A DNA stretch of 64,000 bases from the human T2T-CHM13v2.0 reference genome, Homo sapiens. The translations under genes and the position numbers were made by a program. Below the pieces are notes generated by a model. That model was not told the DNA's origin and made no database searches. It saw nothing but the letters and a program-made list of their open reading frames with translations. Location: the NCBI RefSeq assembly GCF_009914755.1, contig NC_060927.1; one strand, 5' to 3'. Below are positions 43,984 through 60,146 of this stretch, one piece after another (the stretch's first letter is position 1; each line of letters opens with the position of its first letter).

Positions 43984-44287
43984 GGTGGAGCACAGTGGTT
44001 CATGACTGTAATCCCAACATTTTAGGAGGCCTAAGTGGGCGGATTGCTTCAGTCTGGGAGTTCAAGACAAGTCTGGACAACATAGCAAAATTCAATTTCT
44101 GCAAGAAAATGGGTCCGACATGGTGGTGCAAGCCTACATTCCTAGTTACTTGGGAGGTAGCTGAGGTAAGAGTATCACCTGAGCCTAGGAGGTCGAGGCT
44201 GCAAGCCACGATTGTGCCACTGCACTTCATCGTGGGTGACAGAGTGAGATCCTGTCTCAAAAAAAAATTAATCAATAAATCAATAAA
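43984..44287 (+). mobile_element. AluJ-type SINE
   Basis: Diverged dimer with cctgagcctaggaggtcgaggctgca and an A-rich tail. Confidence 0.9.
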
Positions 44288-45462
44288 AGCAGGAAAAGGC
44301 TTTTTAAACGGAAGTATATTGACAAATTTGCAATGGTTTTTATAGTGATGGCATTTCTGTTTAAAATATAGTAAATCTGATGTTCCACATGAGAGTTCAT
44401 GGGTTCAATATACATGATTTTTAAAAATCCAAATGTCAAAATTCTTCTCTCCAACCCAAGTCCACTGCATTGTTTCCTGTGCTAGCATACGGTCAGCCTA
44501 TCAAACGCGGCAATTATTAAGGAATATTTTGTGACGTTAGTGAATTCAGCAGAGCATTTTACATGCTTCCTGCATCTACTCACTGCTAGGTAAAATATGT
44601 CACATATATACACATATTTCATTTTCATCTTTAAACAGGAAGCCAAACAATAAAATAATTGGTTTCAAGCAGATCTTTATCTTTAACGCATGTTTAAACT
44701 GGCTAACTAGCAACATCAACTGATTACACAAGTTGGCAATTTTTCTTCTTCTCAATGTCTTTACTTCAAAGAACCACCTTCTGTTACTGTCCCTGTAGTT
44801 CTTTTCCTCGCATGATTTCACAGCTATGCCACATTAGTTCATTCATTATTTTAGTGCACCTCTAAAGCATTTATTCTTCCTGTCTTGAGAGTTTCTTCCT
44901 TGTGGCTCAACTTACAGCAGCTGCTTTGCTTCTGTGGTGTCATCATTTTCTCACACTCATCCAGCGGAAGGATGTAGGTCACACACAGTGAGCTTGTTTC
45001 AGGGTTAGTAGGGAAGCACTATTCCATTACATCACAGCATGGATGGTTAATGATCCTGCTGTTAAATGTTGAGTATGCCTTGTAAGCGACACTGATGAAA
45101 TACCACAAGACACTTGACACGGCATTAACACTGCGCACATTTTGCAACCATATATGCTGAAGCTTGGGCAGGACAATCATTATGGTTTTGGCTCTATGAT
45201 CACTTTCAGTTAGCCAGTCACAGTGGTTTTTTGCTTTTAAGGTCCCATTGTAACTCAGTTACCACTGTTTTCTAGATAGCAGCATTCAGTAAGATTTGAG
45301 ATGGTGTGAAAAACATTAATCCTGTATTATACATTAGTTTTCCTTAGGCATACTGATGCCAAAAAAGTGCTCTAAACTTATATTAATTTTATTCATTTTT
45401 TTTACAATAGCACTGCATTCTCTGAAATGAATATGGATAACAAAGAAAAGTATATATAAGTA

Positions 45463-45868
<406 letters not shown>

Positions 45869-48800
45869 TGAAAAGATCATTTTGTGTATTCCAATCAATT
45901 TTTTAAAATATGTGTATGTGGTTATAGTTACATAGATAAATATAGTGGTAGTCAAATGGCTTATCATCATTCTTCTTGCTTTTTATCTTATGATATTAAT
46001 TTCCTATTAAAATATTTTGATTACTGTGTGATATATTATCATATGGGCATATTATGGTTCATTGTATCTCTTGTTACTTATATGATGATAATAATAATTT
46101 TAGGTAATAAATATTATTTGAAAGCACTATTCTATCCACTTTGAATACATGAATTCATTTAAAACTCATGACTACCTTTAAAATAAGCACTATTATTAAC
46201 CTTATTTTACATTTGAGAAAATATAGCCACAAAGAGTTTAAGTAACTTGCTCCAAATCATACAGATACCGAGGTTATGACTTTTTTATGTATTATTACAA
46301 TAGGCATTTTGTATATCGATATTTGAGTGCATCTTTTAATTATTTTCTTAATTTATTTTCCCAGAATTGGAATAACCAAATACGACATGGACAAAGTACA
46401 TATACATATATGTGTGTGTGTATATATATATGTGTGTATGTATATATATTTATATGTATATTCAATCTTCTGAAATCCTACACAGACTGTTGAATAGAGA
46501 TAACTTTCCAACAATTCTGGCAAAAAAGAGAAATGTTCTTATAATCAGAACTAACCTGAACATGTCTCTGGAGCCCAGGTACTAGACCCTCATAGCTGGA
46601 TATGGCAGGTGTTTGAAGGTGGATATCTCCAGAGATATTAGAAGTAGGTCCAGAGCCACAGGTAATAAAATTCTTTAGTGATGTTGTAGCAACTAATATG
46701 GAAGGCCTTGCAGGAAGTGACATCTGTAAGGGATAACACATAGATATTTTGGGGTTAAGGGAGAGAGTGATGGGAGGTCTGTGGTGCCTTTTACATGAAG
46801 ATACAGATAGTTTGGTTAAAGGAGTTTTGGAAAGAGACAACAACAATTTGGTGAGACACTAGAATATTAGACTCTAAGAACAGAAAGAAAATCAAGAAAA
46901 AGCAAGAGCTTCTAAGGAAATGTGGTGCCAAGTGGGTTTTCATGGAATTGGCAAAGCCAGCAGAATCAAAGTAAGAAAACAAATTCTGAACTAAATTGTT
47001 CAGGGCTTGAGCAAAAAAGGAGAAACTCATTGTTTTAAAACATAAAAAAAGAGAGAAAAACAGCAAGCTTCTTTGTTTATCACCTAATTTACTGAATTGG
47101 CTTAAATTTACTCTTCCCAAACCCTTGACTATCTTTGGAGTCTCACTCTCAGAAAAATTGCAAAGTAACACATTATCAAATTCATCAAAGTGCTATTTAA
47201 ACATCCAGATTTCTAGGCCACATCCCTGGGCTTTGGTTTCAGTAGACTTGAGGACAGCGTTATACTACTGTCCTCTGTGAAGCTGATAGAGGGAGTTCAC
47301 AAACTACACACTAAGAGGCAAAGTCCTGGAGCTTGGATACTAAGGACATTTTTGTGCTACCATATATATATATATGCTTTTTCTTTTTTTTAATTGCTTA
47401 TTCTCATGCACAACTGTACCTTTTGCTTCAAGCTAATTTGGAAATACATCATACATAGTCTTTGGTAGCCTACTTTCATATAACCTATCTTAAGTTTTTC
47501 CAAAATAATGCTATCGAATATTTTTTTAACTTCATTTATATGCCTATGTATTAATTATTTGTATAAGTACAATATAATTTATCTAACTTGCTTTTATTGT
47601 ATATGAAGGCTATTTTAAATTTTTCCTGGAAATAGTAACATAAAAATGGACTTAGTAATTATAAATATTTTTAAATATTTCTTATTTTCTATGGAATAAT
47701 TGCTTAAATCAGAATTCTTCAAAAGGTTATCTATGCTTTTATGGCTAAGACATATCAACCAACTACCTTCACAAAACATCAGCAATTTATACTCTCACCA
47801 GCTGTCTAGGAAAGTGTATGTTGTTCTCATGCTCAAAAACGCAATTTATTATTACATATCTTTTGTCATTTCATTTGATAAAAATGTACTATTTTTAGTT
47901 TATTTGCTTATAACTGTTACCACCCATATTTCAGGTGTTTAAAAGTAACTTTTTATTTCTGTACAATTTTAAATTTATGGAAATTTTCAAATTAGTGCAG
48001 ACAACTTCTATATACTATTTACTCAGATTCACCATGTGTTAATATTTTAAGCCATTTTCAATTATGTCTTCCTTTATACATGAGATAAAATATGTGCATT
48101 TACAAATTATTTTTTCTGAATTATTTCAGTTATTTGTAGTACCAATGTCCTTTATCCCTTAACACTCTGGTAAGATCTACGAACATTCCCTTTTCTCTGG
48201 CTGTAAATATAATAAGTGAATTCAATCAACAATCTGGTAATAGAATACAAGACTATTTGTGAGGAAAAGCCCTGTTATTATGGAACAACTCTAATTTAAA
48301 GAAGAAAGACAACTAATATATGTAGAAGGAATAACACAGCAGAAAAAAATTTTCAAACCTTGATGAATATACTCATTCAGTTAAGAATTAACAATTGGTG
48401 TTAAGATCACTAGATGTATGATTGAAGGAAAACTGGATAGGTGATATTCTTGAGAAACCACACATATTTCAATCCAAATTTTATAACTAAAGCAAAGGGT
48501 AAATTTTAATGTCACAAATAGCAGAATCAATAAAATGTTAGGTAAACAATATCACCAAGTCTATCTAAAAATTTTAATTTGAGTCTTTTATTATCACATT
48601 GAAGATATGAATTCAACTTTATATTTATATGAAATAAAGAAAATAAATGAAAGAAACAAATTGTATCTCAATGGAGCACCCAGCCAATTCCTGAAAGTGG
48701 AACATTCTGGCTTGGTCATTTCAACAAAACAATGAAAGTAAAGTTCTATGAAAGCCTGGGCAAAATGCAAGAGACATAATCACATGTAGTATGTGGTTCA

Positions 48801-48952
48801 TGACCAGAAATGGGTTTTTTGGGGGATAAATTTTGGAAATTTAAATAATTTGGTGGTACTAGCTTAGAAAAAATTTACTGAGGTGAAAATTCTTGAAGAA
48901 GTGGCCTGCAGAACATTATGAAAAATATAATCCCATTGTGGTATGTGTGTAT

Positions 48953-48994
48953 ACAGACAGACAGACAGACAGACACACGCACACACACACACAC
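48953..48994 (+). repeat. Compound (CAGA)n(CA)n microsatellite
   Basis: acagacagacagacagacagacacacgcacacacacacac. Confidence 0.92.
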
Positions 48995-49187
48995 AGATTT
49001 GGAAGAATAGAAATTAAATGACTTTATGCTGAGACGATTTGGCAGAGATATTTATACAAAATTATGGAAACAATTTATTTTTATTTTGCCTTATATTTAA
49101 GAAAATCAGGAAGAGAAGGAGCTGCCAAATTTTCATTATTGAAATGATATAAACTTCATGTCAAAGCAAGTTAAGAATAATAAAAAG

Positions 49188-49594
<407 letters not shown>

Positions 49595-49767
49595 CTAAAG
49601 AGTAGAAGTTTTGGGGAGGTAGAAGCATAATAAAGACTTCTAGAATGATATTTGTGGTGAAGTGTAAATCTCTCCTGAGAATCTTCAAACTTGTTAGGAG
49701 AAACCAACACTGTTTTTTAAAAGTTCTGGAGCAGATGTGTATGTGAGTTTTTGTGTGTTTCTGTGTA

Positions 49768-49769
<2 letters not shown>

Positions 49770-49804
<35 letters not shown>
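49770..49804 (+). repeat. (TG)n microsatellite
   Basis: About 17 perfect TG units. Confidence 0.96.
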
Positions 49805-49806
<2 letters not shown>

Positions 49807-51018
49807 ATGTACTACAGAGACAGTGGATACAAAAGTATCCAGAGTTGGGCTTCAAGGGAAAAAATGGTACAGTCTCATTTAATAAAGTGGCTGAATATTA
49901 AATATGTTAATTAAGAAAATAAAATTGTTATGCTATTATGTTTCTGAGGTAGAAAATTGTACTATTTTATATGATTTCTTCATTTCTGTAATTTGAAAAG
50001 TTTCCTAATTTGCATATAATATGTTCAAGTAAAAATAAACTTCTTATAAAATAAATTTGATTATCATAAGATCACATTTTGGAGCCATGTAGTCATTTCT
50101 GAGATGAGAGTTAAAGAAGAGCATCCAGTGGCACCCTCCACAGCAGGGTCTCACCTTCAAAACCAGGGTCATCTGGTGCTGTCTTCTCAGACTTTTTTCT
50201 CTACCTCAGTGTTTGTCTTCAGTCTTTTTTCCCTTTATCATCTTTGCAATATTCCCAGATATCTTTCTGGTTTTTTTTTTTTTTTTTTTTTTTTTGTAAC
50301 TGTATTTTATTACTTCAGAATAGCTTTGTAAATGCCAAAATTTACATCTTATTTCTTGGGGTGAGTCAAAAGCTACAATGCAGAAATTGTGAAGTGCTGA
50401 GATTCACCTTTGTTTTGGAACTGGATCACCAATGTAATGCCAAATAATCTGATATTTAGCTAAACACTGTATTGCTAGTATATGACTGCAATTACTAAAT
50501 ATAATTAGGCAAATAATAATTAATCTTGATATGTCTTAGTACAACCTGTATCTTAACATTGTTTTTCAGTCTGCTCATATTTGGTGATTATATTCACAGC
50601 ATGATTTTACCATAAAAAAGAGATTTACTCAGGGTGTATTTCTAAATACATAGAAGCTTATTTTGCTGGCCATGAAAAAACAACAGTATAATTTACTGCC
50701 TCCAAGTAATTGTTTTATTTCTGACTTCCTCCTTAAACCCAATTAGTGGTACTTTAGCCCTTTTCTGTATCATCATTGTTCTGAAGTCAGATTTTTGGCT
50801 CCGTTTAAATGATCAACGTGACATAAAACATATAGATTAGTGTTACAAATCCCCAGAAACATAACTGGAAGGGACAACTTATTTGCAGGCCTCACAAAGT
50901 ATTCTTCTGCAAATAGACAACCATATCTAACTGATTTTTATGGACAAATTGTTAAAACTATGTCTACATTAACTTTGTAAATTTAAATCAGTAGTCACAG
51001 AAAAGGCATGAAAAGCTC

Positions 51019-51548
51019 TGTGATGATTGTGTCAACTTAACTGAGTAAATGAATGCCCTAATAACTGGGAAAACTTTTTTTTTCTTGGTCTGTCCAGAAG
51101 AGATCAGCATTTGAATCAGTAGACTGAGTAGCTCTCACCAGTATGGGCAAGTGTCATCTAATCCCTTGAGGCCTCACCTAGAGAACAAGAAGGGAGAGAA
51201 AGAATGAATTTGCTCTCTCTTCTTGAGCTGGGACATCCATCTTCTGCCCATCCTCTGCTCACCTTCTGCTCCTAGTTCTTGATTCTTGGACATATGTCAT
51301 CCCCACTCAATTGTCGAGCCTTCGACCTTGGACTGGAAATTCCAACACTGATCAGTTCTTCTGGATCTCTGGCCTTCAGATTTGGACTGAATTACACCAA
51401 CAGCTTTCCTGGCTGTCTAGCATGCAGATAGCATATTGTGGGAATTAGCCTCCATAACCGTGAAAACCAGTTTCCATAACAAATCACATCTTCTCCATCT
51501 CTATATATCCTATTAGTCCTCTTTCTCTGGAGAACCGTGACTAATACG
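51019..51548 (+). mobile_element. MLT2-family solo LTR (ERVL)
   Basis: tgtgatg...tgtgtcaactt, agagatcagcatttgaatcagtagactgagt, cttgagctgggacatccatcttc, ending ctattagt...tctggagaaccgtgactaatac; near-TSD agctc/agatc. Confidence 0.88.
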
Positions 51549-51899
51549 AGATCTCAAGCGAGAATATGCATTTCTGTCTTGCCTATTTAATTAAGTTTTG
51601 GGGAAAAAAATCACATGGAGTAATGCACAGAAATCTTGTTATGAGATTGCCAAAAGTTCCATTTATCACCTACTCCATCTCTTATCCTATAGATATTTTA
51701 TGATTTTCACAACTTTGTAAAACACAGAAGTATACATATTGAAAACCATTTATAAACTATTTCTGGATTTAAAAAGAAGAATCAAATTGATATTACAAAA
51801 TAATGTATAACAAAAGCACTACATATAAACCCATTGTAACTTGCAACTGAATAGATATTATTATTAAAAGAAAATTGATAGATGTAAATGCTTGTTGGA

Positions 51900-53370
51900 A
51901 TAGAAACAAAATTGTAAACAGTGAAGAATCCCATGCAAGAGCTAAAGAAAAGAATGATAAAGAAAACCAAGAGACAATATAACATTAGAAATTGTAGTAA
52001 TGAGAACAGAAATTAATAAAATAGAAGATGGGGGGAACGACAATGGGAGCAGCAAAAGCAGAACCGAGTTCTTTGAAATATTCCTATCAAAAATCTGGGA
52101 ATAATTATAACAAAATATAAGCTCTGTATGATAAATATTTTACGTTTTTATTAAATACATCAACAGATGACCTCTTCTACCCCAAATAGAAAACTATGTC
52201 TTGTTCACACATGGGAAATCTCAGTCCTGTAAGATGTTCAGTCTCTATTTGTTACACAATTCCAAATAAATTCCCTTCAAAATTTTTAACGAACTTGAAA
52301 ACTCACTTGAAAAGTTATGAAAAGTAATGAGCTCAAAATAGCCAATATAGTTTTAGAGAAGAAAAGTAAATAGAAATTAATTTGTCTCATTAGATATATT
52401 TAATAATGCACTTTGATGATTAAAATTACATAGCATTTGGATATATTGCATTTGGATAGTGATAACCTTGTAGAAGAGAATAGAGATTCTGTATCCTCAG
52501 TTGTATATAAGGATATATTATATGGTATATTAGAGGGATATTAGAACATGACCTATGTAATAAGTGAAATGAAACAAGTGTTCATCATATAGAAAGCATT
52601 TTGATTAAATTTCTACTTTAACTATAAACCATACACAAAAATATTTCTGCATGAATTTGAGACCTATGTATGAAAAACAAAATGTTAAAATTAAGAAAAC
52701 CATGAGACTACCTCAGTGGAATTCAGGTAAAGGCAATTTTTCTAAATAAGACACAAAAGGCCATTATAGAGAAACATTTAATTGGAATAATTAAAATTCT
52801 AAAATTACCAAGAAAAGCTTAAAAAGTTAAAAAATACACAAAGACAGAAAGATGCATTTAACCAATAAAGAACTATACTCAGAATATAGAAAGAACTAGA
52901 AATTAAAAATAAGAAGACAACTCAAAGAAAAAAATGATAAAAAGATCTGAACAAGCAATTCACGAAATGGAAAGCCTAGTGGCCAATCAACATGAAAAAA
53001 TCTCAATTTTTCTAATCACTGATGATATGAAAATTAAAAAACAATTAGATGCCAATTCACACAAACAGAAGTTGTCCAAATTGTATGTCTGCTATTGCTC
53101 AGTATCAGCCCAGAAGGGAACTAGGAATGTGAAAACATGTTACTGAATTTTATGTTGGTATAAATTTTTAAAAATATTATTGGATATATCAACCCTAAAA
53201 TCAAAATTCTAGGCATATACACTAATGAAACTCATGCACCTATACACAAAAGTCATGCAAAAAGTCTAGATTTTTATAATTTTTTAATAATATAAAGATA
53301 CTAGGAAGGACCAGATTATGACTAGACAAATTTTTATGGTCCTAGAGTAGAATAGCATGTAATAATCAAG
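51900..53370 (+). mobile_element. Old L1M fragment(s)
   Basis: Decayed ORF2/3' motifs (gaaattaataaaatagaa, aaaccatacacaaaaat, tggccaatcaacatgaaaaaa). Boundaries approximate. Confidence 0.65.
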
Positions 53371-53380
53371 AATAAAGATA

Positions 53381-53766
<386 letters not shown>

Positions 53767-54556
53767 TTAAGTACATACTAATTTTTATTTTGTTTACCAA
53801 GGTATATGCATTTGCTTGGATGAATATAATATTTGGATAGTTGCTATATATGGAGAGGTAATACATTTGTAATATATCTATACTATTTATTGAACCTGTT
53901 GACTCTTGACTCCTAACCGTAGCCCTTAGAAAATTTTGAATTTTAAGTTTATTTGTATGTTCATTATTAGTTTTGTCTTTTTCCCCATAGTTATGGATTT
54001 TAAAATGAGAAGAAGGACCATGTCCAGTTCATAATCCACTAGTGCTCAGCCCTAACAGTGCAACTCTGGTGTTCATTAAATAATTATTGAATGAATAAAT
54101 CCCCATATTGTATACTCCCAACCACATTTGATATTATCTTTTTCTAATAATTGTATACTTATTATTTAAAAATTCTCTTTGAACGTTCATTTATATGATT
54201 TATATATTCTGAAAAATTATTCCATTCCATTTCAGTTAAATCTTAAAGTATTTTTCTTCTATTATAGTTTTTTTTAAAATAATAGTATGTGATTATTTTC
54301 CCTCTCTAGTTTGAAATAGAGAATTTAATAATTATAAATTACTAAAGTTACTAAAAGGTATAAATACCTTTATATGCTTAATTTAATCATTATTCTCCCT
54401 TCTTTATATACTTTCATGCTATAAAATATGAATTTGTTGACTCCATTTTGTGTTCTATTACTGTATATTTTCTTTTTTATATATCACACTATATTTGGAT
54501 CTTCATGTTTTATGTTGAGGTTTTCTTTTATTTTTTTGTAACCAAATAATATGAAC

Positions 54557-55243
54557 TTTTTTCCTTCAGCCTTTAATTTCCAGGGTACGTGCGCAGTATG
54601 TCCATGTTTGTTACATAGGTAAACGTGTGCCATAGTGGTTTGCGGCACAGATCAACTCATCACCTAGGTATTAAGCCCAGCACCCATTAACTATTCTTCC
54701 AGATGCTCCCCCTTCCCCTGCTCCCGCAAAAGGCCCCAGTGTGTGTTGTTCCCCCACAATGTGTTCATGTTCATGTGTTCTCATTGCTCAGCTCCCACTT
54801 ATAAGTGAGACCATGCAGTTTGATTTTCTGTTCCTGCATTAGTTTGCTAAGAATAATGGTGTCCAGTTCCATTTATGTCCCTACAAATGATGTGATCTCA
54901 TTCCTTTTTATGGCTGCATAGTGCTCCATGGTATATATATACCACATTTTCTTTATCCAGTCTATTATTGATGGGCATTTGGGTTGATTCTATGTCTTTG
55001 CTACTGTGAATAGTGTTGCAATGAACATACACATGCATGTATCTTTATAATAGAATAATTCATATTCTTTTGGGTATAAACACAGTAATGGGATTGGTGG
55101 GTCGAATGGTATTTCTGCCTCTAGATCTTTGAGGAATCACCACACTGTCTTCCACAATGGTTGAACTAATTTAAACTTCCACCAACAGTGTAAGTATTCC
55201 TTTTTCTCTGCAATTTCGCCAACATCTGTTGTTTCTTGACTTT
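54557..55243 (-). mobile_element. L1PA (older primate subfamily) 3' fragment
   Basis: tttgttacataggtaaacgtgtgccatagtggtttg...ctcccacttataagtgaga...gatctttgaggaatcaccacactgtcttccacaatggttgaactaattta. Confidence 0.93.
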
Positions 55244-55736
55244 GGGCCTTTTTATTTTTCCAGATGAAATGTCATTTTTTTTTAAAAAAAAAAAACCTAA
55301 TAATATATCCATCCATTAGAATCTGGCTTATACAAAAGCAACAGAAAACCAACTCATTAGCTTGAGACAGCATGGGTTTTATTTTTCTTACATAAGGAAT
55401 CTGGAGGTACATGGCCATGAAAGGAAACTAAAAAGTGAAGGTGTTTTTAGTCTGCTGTATTGCAACCCTGAACAGAATTTGTATTTTGTTAGTAAGGAAG
55501 AGGCCAAATTTGCATAGTATAGAAAACTATTAATATTTACCATTGTGTAGTACTTTTAAAAGTTCCATCAGTTAATTTCATTAATTAAGGAAAAGTGTCT
55601 TCTTATAAGTAAAATGGATATCTCTCAATTTATTTATCTATGTACCTAAAAGTTAATGTAAAAGAATTATGATATATTTTAAAATATGGTTTATATCCTA
55701 TGTATTTTTGTATGTCTTTAGTTAACTTTACACTAA

Positions 55737-56078
<342 letters not shown>

Positions 56079-59000
56079 TAATTTTTATTGCTAAGCATAT
56101 TGTGTTTCCTAAAGCACAAATTGTAGTGCCAATAATGATTAGTCCTATTTCTATTTTTCCTCCTTTTCATCTGCCTAAAAAATATAGGCATAATTTTAAG
56201 TGTAAGTTGTACTCAGTGCTTAAGTCAATTAAACATCTGAAAAGGCTGGGGTAGGTAGTCACAGAAAATAAAAGGGATGCACTTAGAGAAAATACCTTAT
56301 TGTTGCTTATGTGTTAATTTTCTTGTGTCACACTCCTATATTCAAATTTATAAAAGGGACCTAATTTTGTTTGATTTTGTGAATTTACGAAGATAAAATT
56401 CACCTTGCAAATTTCCTGGCACATAATATATACTATATAAAAATTTGGTACTTGCTTGACTATATTAACAAAGTATAAAATATGTCTATTCTTTTTCTTA
56501 AAACTTCTTACAATGTACAGTGTGCCTCTTTCTCTAAGAATTTCATTGTTAAAAAGAGAAAGCACTCTTTAAAAAATGCTCCTCATCACTGGGGATATTT
56601 TTTGAAGCCATTCATCTATTATAGGTGGTTATCTACTACAGGGATTTGTCAGTACCTTTCCCCAGGGTATTTTCTCAGCCAGTTTTATTCCAACTGGATG
56701 CACTCACTGAAGAAATTTATCTGAAGATTGAGCATATCTATTTTATCTAAGGAAGGCAAAAGAAAATCTGGAACATCAAATTCAGAAAGATATTCCTGAA
56801 TTAGTTAGACACGTACCCAAGGTGATTATGCCGATGGATGGTTGTATTCATGAAATGCAATGGCAAAGGGAGACCTCATGGAATGCATAGGTGCACGTAG
56901 GCATTAGCAATCATGGCTCCAATCAAAGCCTTACTGCTCTTGCTTAGAGGAAGGTTTGTATTAAATTTTAATATAGCACACCCAATCTTAGTAACAGCTG
57001 ATTATTTATGATATTTTGAAGGCAGATCATTAGCAATGTTTTGAGAACTACTTTAATCAGAATTTAAGTTTTTACTTAAAGTTTACAATATTTAATGGGG
57101 CTCAATTTCTGTAATCGAAGACTTGAAGTAGATTTGTCTGGGAGACTTCTGGTATATGCCTGTTTTCTCTGTATAATTATTAGTAACACAAGCTTTCACT
57201 CTAAGATATTTAATGACCAATTACATAAGCCCCTACTGATGTTAAAAAGAAGTCAGTGAGAAATACTATAACATATTTCTACGTGACAGAAAACAAATAT
57301 GAACTCAGAGTTTTTAGTAATATATTTTTGTGTAATGATATGGCTATTAATGGTTTATATATACTAAAGAGAAAAAAAGTATCCTTTTTGTGAGATCACT
57401 ATGTAAACAAAGAAAGATCTTCAAAATCTCATTAGCATGATTACTTTTCATCATATTTTCTTAAATTACCAAGGTATTTCATCACCTGTTAAGATAAAGC
57501 AGTTCATGGTATCAGCCTGGCACAGAAAGGATTTATTGACTGTGTAGTCTGGAATGTTACATAGTGATGAACATAAACTCTGCTTCTTGCCACTCACACT
57601 TCACCTTGCAGTGTTGCAGCTGTGCTTAGCAACAGAATGCCAGATGGCACGGAGACATCAATTGATTACTACTCAGGAACAATGTCACTTACCAGAACGG
57701 AGGACAGATAAATTGACAAAGACAATGCTATGTTTGCAAGCCTGAATAAAGAAGCACTTTAAGTAGATTTATGGCTGCATTTTAAAACATATACTCTTTG
57801 GAAACTTTTGTCCAAGGATAAGGCAACAAACAATTATATGCACATTCATGTTTTGCTAGAATCTTTTTTTTTAATGCTTAGATTTCTGTGCCGGTCTACA
57901 CATGTAGAAGATAATATATTAAAGCTTTTTGTTGTATGCTATTGCAAACACCAAATTATCTAAACTCTGTTTTTAAAATGCATTCTTAACTATCTTTTTG
58001 TGCTGATCAGTTAACATTACAAACTTGGGCTAGAGAGAAAGGCAGTAGAAAAACTGCCTAAAGAATTCTGGAATTCACAAGCTGTCAGCATGAGTTATCT
58101 GTTCACAAAGAATGTCTTTTATGAGTAAGCCTTGTTTTTGTAGAAGGCATTTATTATCACATTTGGCATCACTTTATGTAGCATATCTTGGACTGTTTGC
58201 ACTCAAATCTTGGCTGTGCAATATATCTGATGTCCTGGAATGGATGTCAATGCTGAAAAACACACATGCCAGGTTACTCAACTTATCTGTGGTAAATAAG
58301 TCCTATAGATTTTCAAAAATAATATGCCATCTTGATTGTTGTAGCTTCTTCTCAAATTCATTTGAAGAGATGCTAGTATGACAGCAGAAATTCCATTTCA
58401 ACAAATACAGTTCATTGCTGCTTTTGTGCAGTGCATGAATTGCCGATAACTATCGTTCTTGATAAAGAATGTGCATTTACTTAAGTTCAAATATAATATT
58501 GCTTTGGATAGAAAATTGATCTACTCATATGAAATGTTACCAAAGTGCCTCACTTGCTGCAAGAAGAGCTTTACTTGGAAGACCTAGGAAGACTATTGGA
58601 AAAGGCAGGTCCATGGATCATGGCTCCTTATGTGTTGAGTTATAATTTTAACTCTGCAAATGTAAATTTATTGTCTATAACTGAACTCATTATCTCTCAG
58701 AACACACTTTCTTGCTGATGGTGGTGGCAGAGGAGTGGATCTTACACTTGTTTCTTAAACATAATTTGATCTCTTCTGGTTTAAAATAGTTGTTTTCACT
58801 TAAATATTCTGTCAATATAAAGTTGAAACACACTACGAGAACTATTTTCTGCTTCAAAGGGTCTCTTTCTGCCATGACTTTCTGGAGTTCTGTGCCTTGC
58901 TTCAGTGTGAAGCATTTTAAATCTTTATCAAAGGTATTATCCATACACAACATCTTGTCCTCACTGAACTTCACACTGGCCGTCAGTCCTGAACTGGTGG

Positions 59001-59997
59001 CTGCAGGTGTGCCCCCTGGTTCTAACTGGTTCTAGATTATCAGGCCGGCATTCACTGAGGATGACTGTAGCCCCCAACAGCCTCAGATCACAAGTTTACC
59101 TGATTCTGTTCTTCTCTGATTCTAACTTGGGGTGTCTTGCAGGTCACAGGTCCTCTTGGTATTGTCACATGTCCAAAGAGAAAATGAAGAAGTTCTGCAG
59201 CTCTTGCATGCCTCAAGCAAGCTGTGAGATCTTTGTGGCACCATTTTTGCCATTGCTTCTGCGTGTGCATGTCAGGCCTCTATTTCTAGTCTTCTTGGTT
59301 ATCATGTACCTCAGGTATAAGGTCTTCTCTTTCAGCTCACCCCTTTCCCTACCATGGGATTATTTTATCTTTTCCCAATTCAAGACTTGGGGCCTGGGTC
59401 CTTATCAGAGATCTCAAGACCTTAAATATCTGGATATTTATATTCCTAGCACTTTTGAAACATTTATTTCCTTTCTAAGTCACAGTAAAGCTGCCATGAT
59501 ATCATTTATCTATTATGTCCTCTATGCACTTTGGCTTTGGCAAAGAGCCATGCTCAGATTTTTAAGTTCCGTCTAGATATTTGAAATGAAATTTCTAAAA
59601 TGTAGGGGGAAAATTAACAATGCCTATTATCTTTCTGTAAACTAAAAAAGACATCTAACTTAAAAGTAAAAATTGAACAATAAATACTTTATTTTGGCTG
59701 TATTTGACCTTGCTCTAATACAAAGCATGCCATTATTTCAATAGGTATGGAAGCCAGGGTACAACCGAGGTTATTAGGAATAGAATTCTATTGCTTTAAT
59801 CTACAAAATATAATCTCGATTTCATCCTACCTCGGTAAGACTTTTCCTACCTGGAAAAGACACTTCCTCTTACATAAGCGTGCCATTTAATCCTAGAAGT
59901 TGAAAGCTGAATATTATCAAACTTGATTGTTCTATCACTTGCCATCTCTCCAAATTTGGCTAGGTAAAATCTGGAAACTAACTTTTATTATCTTATG

Positions 59998-60016
59998 TGA
60001 ACACTAGAGGGCACTA
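59998..60016 (+). promoter_or_regulatory. Candidate CTCF site
   Basis: TGAACACTAGAGGGCACTA compared with the consensus TGGCCAC(C/T)AG(G/A)GGGC(G/A)CTA. Confidence 0.55.
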
Positions 60017-60030
60017 TGCATTTCCCTAAA

Positions 60031-60146
60031 ACAGTAGTTCTCAAATAATTGTGCCTCAGAATCACCTAATGCGCATATTAAAGCATATTGCTGACCTCCA
60101 TCCTCAGAGTTTCTGATTCTTTAGGTCTGAGGTGGGCCCATGAATT
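60031..60146. mobile_element. MER5A partial
   Basis: cagtagttctcaaa...tcagaatcacct...cagagtttctgattctttaggtctgaggtgggccca...aatttacattt. Confidence 0.8.

Noticed and set aside
46478-47171. 122-aa and 126-aa minus-strand ORFs
   Set aside because: Non-ATG starts, no recognisable homology or splice context; probably a decayed repeat or chance.
58400-58620. Cyclin Y-like resemblance (ALLAAS..ALW)
   Set aside because: One weak motif; the Ariadne reading explains many more colinear motifs.
59007-59576. 189-aa plus-strand ORF
   Set aside because: Starts at GTG, has no recognisable domain, and is antisense to the ARIH1-like motifs; most likely chance.
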